Shown here in pieces: positions 59,033-64,000 of a stretch of DNA of 64,000 nucleotides. Source of the DNA: an uncultured Candidatus Saccharibacteria bacterium (GTDB lineage: Bacteria; Patescibacteriota; Minisyncoccia; Phycocordibacterales; Zambryskibacteraceae). The stretch lies in NCBI GenBank assembly GCA_964446535.1, contig CAYUOR010000003.1, forward strand, positions 14,871 to 78,870, in the 5' to 3' direction. Within the stretch, counting starts at the first letter, position 1. Each line of letters opens with the position of its first letter. Below the pieces are notes generated by a model that was not told where the DNA came from, made no database searches, and saw nothing but the letters and a program-made list of their open reading frames with translations. The position numbers and the translations under genes were made by a program.

Positions 59033-59485
59033 TTACGGACAGGCTACAACGCCATCGGCGAGGTTTGCCGAAATTTCTTTTGAAGCGCCAGTTGAGTCAA
59101 CGCACCAGGCAGTTGTGGTAGAAATCATTAAAGCAGAAACAGCGTAAGCCGAAGTGTCGGTATGGCAGGAAAGGGTGGCACCGGCAGGATAATTCGCTGG
59201 CAGGGTGTACTGGAACATGCCTGATGCCGCGTCTTCAAAGAAATCGTCAGTGACGTCATCGCAGAGGTCTGTCGCAACTGTACCGTAGTGTCCGTTGGTG
59301 TCGTAGTAGACCTCGGCGGCGCTCCTGAGACCGGCAAGTTGCGCTTTTACTTTCGCGTCGTTGCCCTTACCGCGAGCGGTATTGAGGGAGGCCAAGACTA
59401 CGGACGAGAGAATGCCGATGATGGCGATAACCACCAAAAGCTCAATTAAGGTGAAACCTTTTTCTTTTGATGTTAACCCAAACAT
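59033..59485 (-). CDS. Major type IV pilin, copy B
   Basis: KG/FTLIELLVVIAIIGILSSVVLASL; WCVDS. Confidence 0.93.
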   Translation of the reverse strand: MFGLTSKEKGFTLIELLVVIAIIGILSSVVLASLNTARGKGNDAKVKAQLAGLRSAAEVYYDTNGHYGTVATDLCDDVTDDFFEDAASGMFQYTLPANYPAGATLSCHTDTSAYAVSALMISTTTAWCVDSTGASKEISANLADGVVACP

Positions 59486-59942
59486 AAGTTAGAAGATTGC
59501 CTATAGCTCAAATGTCGGACTAACAGGCGGTACTGTTAATGGCTGCAGTTCTACCTCTTGAGTTCCCTAGGCTATCCACGCACCAGTGGGTGTTGGACCC
59601 CTCTGCGACAAAAAGCGGAACGGACACGGCGTAGGCAGTTGCTGTTGAGAAGCAGGTTAGTGTAGGAGTACCTGGGTAATTAGAGGCTGTTGTGTACTGA
59701 ACCATGCCAGAGTTGGCATCTGTGAACATTGAGTTGGCTGTCGTACAACTACCGCTTATGTTACCGGCTGTGCCATTGTAGCCAGTAGCACTGCCGTCAT
59801 AGTAAATTTCGGCCGATGCACGTGCCCCAGAGAGCTGCGCCTTGATCTTGGCATTATTGCCCTTACCGCGAGCGGTATTGAGGGAGGCCAAGACTACGGA
59901 CGAGAGAATGCCGATGATGGCGATAACCACCAAAAGCTCAAT
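59361..59942. repeat. Identical 86-bp direct repeat in the two pilin 5' regions
   Basis: 59361-59446 equals 59857-59942. Confidence 0.9.
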
Positions 59943-59972
59943 CAACGTAAAACCTTTTGTTCTAGTGCTCAT
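59520..59972 (-). CDS. Major type IV pilin, copy A
   Basis: MSTRTKG/FTLIELLVVIAIIGIL; WCVDS. Confidence 0.93.
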   Translation of the reverse strand: MSTRTKGFTLIELLVVIAIIGILSSVVLASLNTARGKGNNAKIKAQLSGARASAEIYYDGSATGYNGTAGNISGSCTTANSMFTDANSGMVQYTTASNYPGTPTLTCFSTATAYAVSVPLFVAEGSNTHWCVDSLGNSRGRTAAINSTAC

Positions 59973-60043
59973 AATTAATGAATTTCCTATATTTTGGCTT
60001 ATTTTATAAATCACTCTTTTCCAGTGAGTAGCTTAATTATACT

Positions 60044-61252
60044 CTAAACCCCGGCAGAATTCGCAATATCGTATATGGGGATAAGTACGGAGGCGAGAAG
60101 CACACCTACACCAACGCCTAGAAGCACTATCATGACGGGCTCAATCAGGCTCACTAGAGTGTCAACAGCGTTTATAACCTCCCTCTGATAGAAGTGCGCC
60201 ATAGTGCCGAGAATTGAACCCATTTCTCCTGATTCCTCCCCTACCCGTATCATCTGAACAAGCATGCCGGGAATCTCTTCGTACTGGGAAAGAGACTGCG
60301 AAAAAGAGCTGCCACCGCGCACGGCTATGACGCTTTCCTCTAGGATTTTCCTATAAACTTCGTTGCCGACGACGGTTGAAGTGACTTCTATGGCGTTTGC
60401 CATGGGTATACCAGAGAGAATCATGGTGCTCATGTTGTCTGCTATAAGGGAGAGGTAGAGCTTTTTATATAGGTCTCCCACATAAGGCACTGTAAGTTTG
60501 AAGCGCGCCATGGCGGACTTGCCGTCGGGCGTCTTTATATAACGCAAAACGAGGAACCCGCCTATAACCAGGGCGGCCAGTAGCAGGAAGCCGTAATTTA
60601 GGAAAAAGTTTGAGACAGCAAACACTATTTGAGTATAGAGCGGTATGGCCTGCCCCGACTCCACGATGATAAGACTTATCTTAGGAATAATAGCCGTAAA
60701 CATCAGGATCATGACCGCGATAAAAACCGTGATGACGAAAGCGGGATAGATCAGAGCATTTCTGGCTTTAGAAATAACTTCGTAATTTCGATCCAAATAG
60801 TCGGCAAGATGGTTAAAGGTGTCGTTAAGTTTACCGGTCTCCTCTCCGGATCGAACCATGTTGACATAAAAGTCGGAGAAAATTTTCGGGTGCTTAGAAA
60901 GAGCTTTGGAAATGGGGCTTCCCGCCTGAATGTCGTCTGCAATCTGGGTCAAACTTTTTCTTAAAACGAGATTCTCCATCTCGCTTGAAAGCAGGGTAAA
61001 AATTTTCAGAGCCGAAACTTGGGCTTCAAAGAGGGTTGCCATCTGGCGAGAAAGGATGACGACATCTCTGTGCGAGACGCCAGAGCCGAAGTGGAGAGTC
61101 GCAAGCCAAGATTCTTTCTCTGCCGACTCGATATCGACAATCATTAAATTTCTCTTCTGGAGAGAACTAACGGCCACGTCGAGAGAGACCGCTTCTATTT
61201 CGCCGCTGGTTTCTTTTCCGGAATTTTCGAGGGCTTTATATTTAAAAAGCAT
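60044..61252 (-). CDS. pilC: Type IV pilus platform protein
   Basis: GEETGKL and GEESGEM..IEP repeats. Confidence 0.94.
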   Translation of the reverse strand: MLFKYKALENSGKETSGEIEAVSLDVAVSSLQKRNLMIVDIESAEKESWLATLHFGSGVSHRDVVILSRQMATLFEAQVSALKIFTLLSSEMENLVLRKSLTQIADDIQAGSPISKALSKHPKIFSDFYVNMVRSGEETGKLNDTFNHLADYLDRNYEVISKARNALIYPAFVITVFIAVMILMFTAIIPKISLIIVESGQAIPLYTQIVFAVSNFFLNYGFLLLAALVIGGFLVLRYIKTPDGKSAMARFKLTVPYVGDLYKKLYLSLIADNMSTMILSGIPMANAIEVTSTVVGNEVYRKILEESVIAVRGGSSFSQSLSQYEEIPGMLVQMIRVGEESGEMGSILGTMAHFYQREVINAVDTLVSLIEPVMIVLLGVGVGVLLASVLIPIYDIANSAGV

Positions 61253-61256
61253 TGTC

Positions 61257-62324
61257 TTAAATCATGCGTTCCAAGGCCTTTCTGTTGGTGGCAAACTGCA
61301 TGGCGTTATCAACCGTTACTTCGCCAGAACGCACAAGCTCGGCGAGAGAACGGTTGAGATTTATCATCCCCTCTTCGGAACTGGTTTCTATAACCGAGTT
61401 GATTTCGTGCGTCCTTTTTTCTCGGATAAGGTTTGCCACGGCGTTGTTGTTGATCAGGAGCTCAAAAGCGGGAATAAGCCCGCCGGAAATTCTCGGCAAT
61501 AGCCGCTGAGAAAAGATACCGAGAAGCGAACTTGCAAGCTGCAGTCTAATCTGCGTTTGCTGGTCCGACGGGAACGAGTCGATGATGCGGTCAACGGTCT
61601 GTCCGGCGGCATTGGTGTGGAGAGTTGAGAGGACGAGGTGCCCGGTCTCGGCCGCGGTGACTGCGGTTGATATGGTTTCGAGGTCACGCATTTCTCCGAT
61701 CATAAGTATGTCGGCATCCTGGCGAAAAACACCTTGAAGCGCAGTGCGGAAGTCTGGCGTATCTATCTTTACCTCGCGCTGATTGATGATGGACTTTTTC
61801 GGCTCAAAAATGTATTCGATCGGATCTTCAATAGTGACAATGTGCTCCAGGCGCTCCTGGTTTATCGTTTCTATCATCGTGGCAAGCGTTGTAGACTTGC
61901 CGACGCCGACCGGTCCAACGACGAGGAAAAAGCCCTGCTGACGCTTGGCGAAGTTCTCAAGTATCGGTGGTAGGCGCAATTCTTCAAAAGTTTTAATGCG
62001 TGAAGGGATAAGACGCATCGCGATACTGATTTTCCCGAGAGAGAGATAGGCGTTGCAGCGAAAGCGTTTTGAATCGGCGTGGGTGTAGGCGAAGTTTGTT
62101 TCCTTATTTTTTTCAAATTCTTCTTTGTTTCGTTCTGAAAATAGAAGGTGAATAAACCCTTCGAGATCATCGCGCTTCAGGGGTGCCATCTTCGCCAGAG
62201 GTAGAAGGAAGTTTGATACACGGATAGTCGGGAGCTTGCCCTCGGAGAGATGCAGATCCGAAGCGTCTTCTTTAACAACAATGTCTATAAGTTCGCTTAA
62301 AAGTTTATCGTGGGTGCCTGTCAT
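61257..62324 (-). CDS. pilT: Pilus retraction ATPase
   Basis: ASDLHL, G.GKSTTLA, GEMRD.ET, AAETGHLV, AVANLIRE. Confidence 0.93.
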   Translation of the reverse strand: MTGTHDKLLSELIDIVVKEDASDLHLSEGKLPTIRVSNFLLPLAKMAPLKRDDLEGFIHLLFSERNKEEFEKNKETNFAYTHADSKRFRCNAYLSLGKISIAMRLIPSRIKTFEELRLPPILENFAKRQQGFFLVVGPVGVGKSTTLATMIETINQERLEHIVTIEDPIEYIFEPKKSIINQREVKIDTPDFRTALQGVFRQDADILMIGEMRDLETISTAVTAAETGHLVLSTLHTNAAGQTVDRIIDSFPSDQQTQIRLQLASSLLGIFSQRLLPRISGGLIPAFELLINNNAVANLIREKRTHEINSVIETSSEEGMINLNRSLAELVRSGEVTVDNAMQFATNRKALERMI

Positions 62325-62330
62325 TTTGTT

Positions 62331-62711
62331 TTAAATTTTTGCAATCTTTTTTATCTCGTCGACGACCTCGGTCGGAACACTTGTCGCCTTGACGATATAG
62401 CCTTTAATGCCGAGAGCTTTCGCCTTGTCTATCATCTCGCGGTTGTTTTCGTTCGTGAGCATGACGACCGTTGAGTCGGGTGCGAGCTTCTCTTTCCTGA
62501 TAACTCCGAGAAGTTCCACTCCGTCCATACCCGGCATGATGATGTCGAGGACGAGGACATCGGGCGTTGCTCCTCCGCGAAGCTTATTGAGTGCTTCCTC
62601 GGGTCCGAGAGCTATTTCGACTGTGGCGCCGTCGGACTCGAACTTTTTCTTATACATATCTAGGAGAAACTTGTCGTCATCTACCAGAAAAATTTTGTAA
62701 TTTTTACTCAT
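62331..62711 (-). CDS. Single-domain response regulator
   Basis: LVDDD, LDIIMPGMDG, MLTN, YIVK. Confidence 0.92.
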   Translation of the reverse strand: MSKNYKIFLVDDDKFLLDMYKKKFESDGATVEIALGPEEALNKLRGGATPDVLVLDIIMPGMDGVELLGVIRKEKLAPDSTVVMLTNENNREMIDKAKALGIKGYIVKATSVPTEVVDEIKKIAKI

Positions 62712-62718
62712 AGCTTTA

Positions 62719-64000
62719 TTATAGCGTATTTACTTCTTCAAATGGGATAACCCGTGCGAAGGCCTTGAGGATGGCATCTTCCTTCATAGAGACAAGACCC
62801 TTAGCGCGGATAACTTTGTAGAGCTCAATTTCGGAAGGGTCCTTGAGAATAACCGACTCTATATCCTTATCCATCTCAAAGACTTCCATAACGGCAACAC
62901 GCCCAGAGGTGCCGTTAAGGCAGTCGGGGGTGGGCATAATTTCGTAAACTTCGTTGCCGAATTTGAGCTGGCGTTTGTACTCCACGGGCAGGTCGTTGAA
63001 TTGTTTATCTATCATCATCTTGAGCGAGCCCTCTATCGGTTTCGGCTTGCCGCCGCCGGGACAGAGTTTCCTTACTAGGCGCTGAGCCATGGTGAGAACC
63101 AGGGTCGGCGCGATGAGATAGGGGTCAACACCCATGTCGATAAGACGCGGAATGGCACCCACGGCGTTATTGGTGTGCAACGTCGAGAAAACCAGGTGGC
63201 CGGTAAGAGCGGCCTGAATAGCAAGTTGCGCCGTCTCCTTGTCTCGAATCTCACCAACCATGATAACGTCAGGGTCCTGGCGCAGGGTCGTCCTTAGACC
63301 TGTGGCAAAGGTGTAGTCGATTTCCGGGTGAATCTGAGACTGTGAGACGCCGTCTATGGAATACTCAACAGGGTCTTCGAGCGAGAGGACGTTCTGGTGG
63401 TCCTTGTCCACTTCGTTTAGCATCGCGTAGAGCGTCGTTGACTTACCAGAGCCCGTAGGACCGGTGATAAGAACCAATCCGTAGGGGCGCTCCAGCGCTC
63501 TTCGAATGGTGGTAAGGTTTTTCTGCGAGAGTTCCAGGTCGTCGAGAGTTTTAACACCCTGAGACTGGTCAAGAATACGCATAACCACCTTCTCGCCGTA
63601 GTAAGTCGGAAAAGTTGAGACGCGGAAGTCAACCTTCCTCGACTCAATCGTCGCCGAGAAACGACCGTCTTGCGGTTTGCGCTTCTCGTCGAGACGCATG
63701 TTGGAGACAATTTTAATTCTTGCCACGACCGCCGAGTGAACTTTCAGGGGCAGGAGGAGAGAGGTGTTGAGTTCTCCGTCAACACGAAAACGAACACGGA
63801 CGTTGTCGCGCGTCGGCTCGATGTGAACGTCGGAGGCCTTGCCTTCGGAGGCGTAGTTTAAGATATTGGCAACAATTTTTGTAACAGGAGCGTCTTCGAC
63901 AATCTTGGTATCTATGGGTTCATCCTCTTTATCTTTTTCAAAAGTGACATCCTTCGGCGCTTTGGCGGCAAGTTCGGACTCGAGCTCCGAGAGAGCTTTT
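62719..64000 (-). CDS. pilB: Pilus assembly ATPase (5' end outside the window)
   Basis: The frame stays open to the window edge (APVTKIV..ASDVHIEP); GPTGSGKSTT, LRQDPD. Confidence 0.94.
   Translation of the reverse strand, partial: KALSELESELAAKAPKDVTFEKDKEDEPIDTKIVEDAPVTKIVANILNYASEGKASDVHIEPTRDNVRVRFRVDGELNTSLLLPLKVHSAVVARIKIVSNMRLDEKRKPQDGRFSATIESRKVDFRVSTFPTYYGEKVVMRILDQSQGVKTLDDLELSQKNLTTIRRALERPYGLVLITGPTGSGKSTTLYAMLNEVDKDHQNVLSLEDPVEYSIDGVSQSQIHPEIDYTFATGLRTTLRQDPDVIMVGEIRDKETAQLAIQAALTGHLVFSTLHTNNAVGAIPRLIDMGVDPYLIAPTLVLTMAQRLVRKLCPGGGKPKPIEGSLKMMIDKQFNDLPVEYKRQLKFGNEVYEIMPTPDCLNGTSGRVAVMEVFEMDKDIESVILKDPSEIELYKVIRAKGLVSMKEDAILKAFARVIPFEEVNTL

Overview
A 64-kb bacterial chromosome segment using the standard genetic code. 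Compact genes, trimmed housekeeping proteins, two type IV pilus loci and many orphan membrane proteins suggest a Patescibacteria/CPR (Parcubacteria-like) organism; this taxonomy is inference. Core genes: uvrA (partial), uvrB, tgt, mreB, a def-fmt fusion, raiA/hpf, typA, a minimal hisS, rpoB-rpoC-dnaG-rpoD, rpsP-khpA-trmD, prfB, ligA-gatC-gatA and six tRNAs. An accessory stretch (~9-31 kb) holds small genes, redox genes and a second pilus locus. No CRISPR array, integrase, transposase or prophage was seen. Best candidate for an undescribed system: a standalone GIY-YIG nuclease sits inside a 22-bp duplication of the tRNA-Asn 5' end, and the upstream copy is split by a 38-bp hairpin. Similar CCNGCC...GGCRGG palindromes occur elsewhere, including 18-bp copies lying in frame in tgt and def-fmt. 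Other observations: orphan-gene cassettes with boxA-like and Shine-Dalgarno signals against a background of apparently near-leaderless core genes; two unexplained structured transcripts; domain-pruned UvrA, HisRS, RF2 and Fmt; a non-canonical initiator tRNA; tandem pilins sharing an identical 86-bp block; and a shared operator for an XRE regulator. All calls were made by eye, without database searches.
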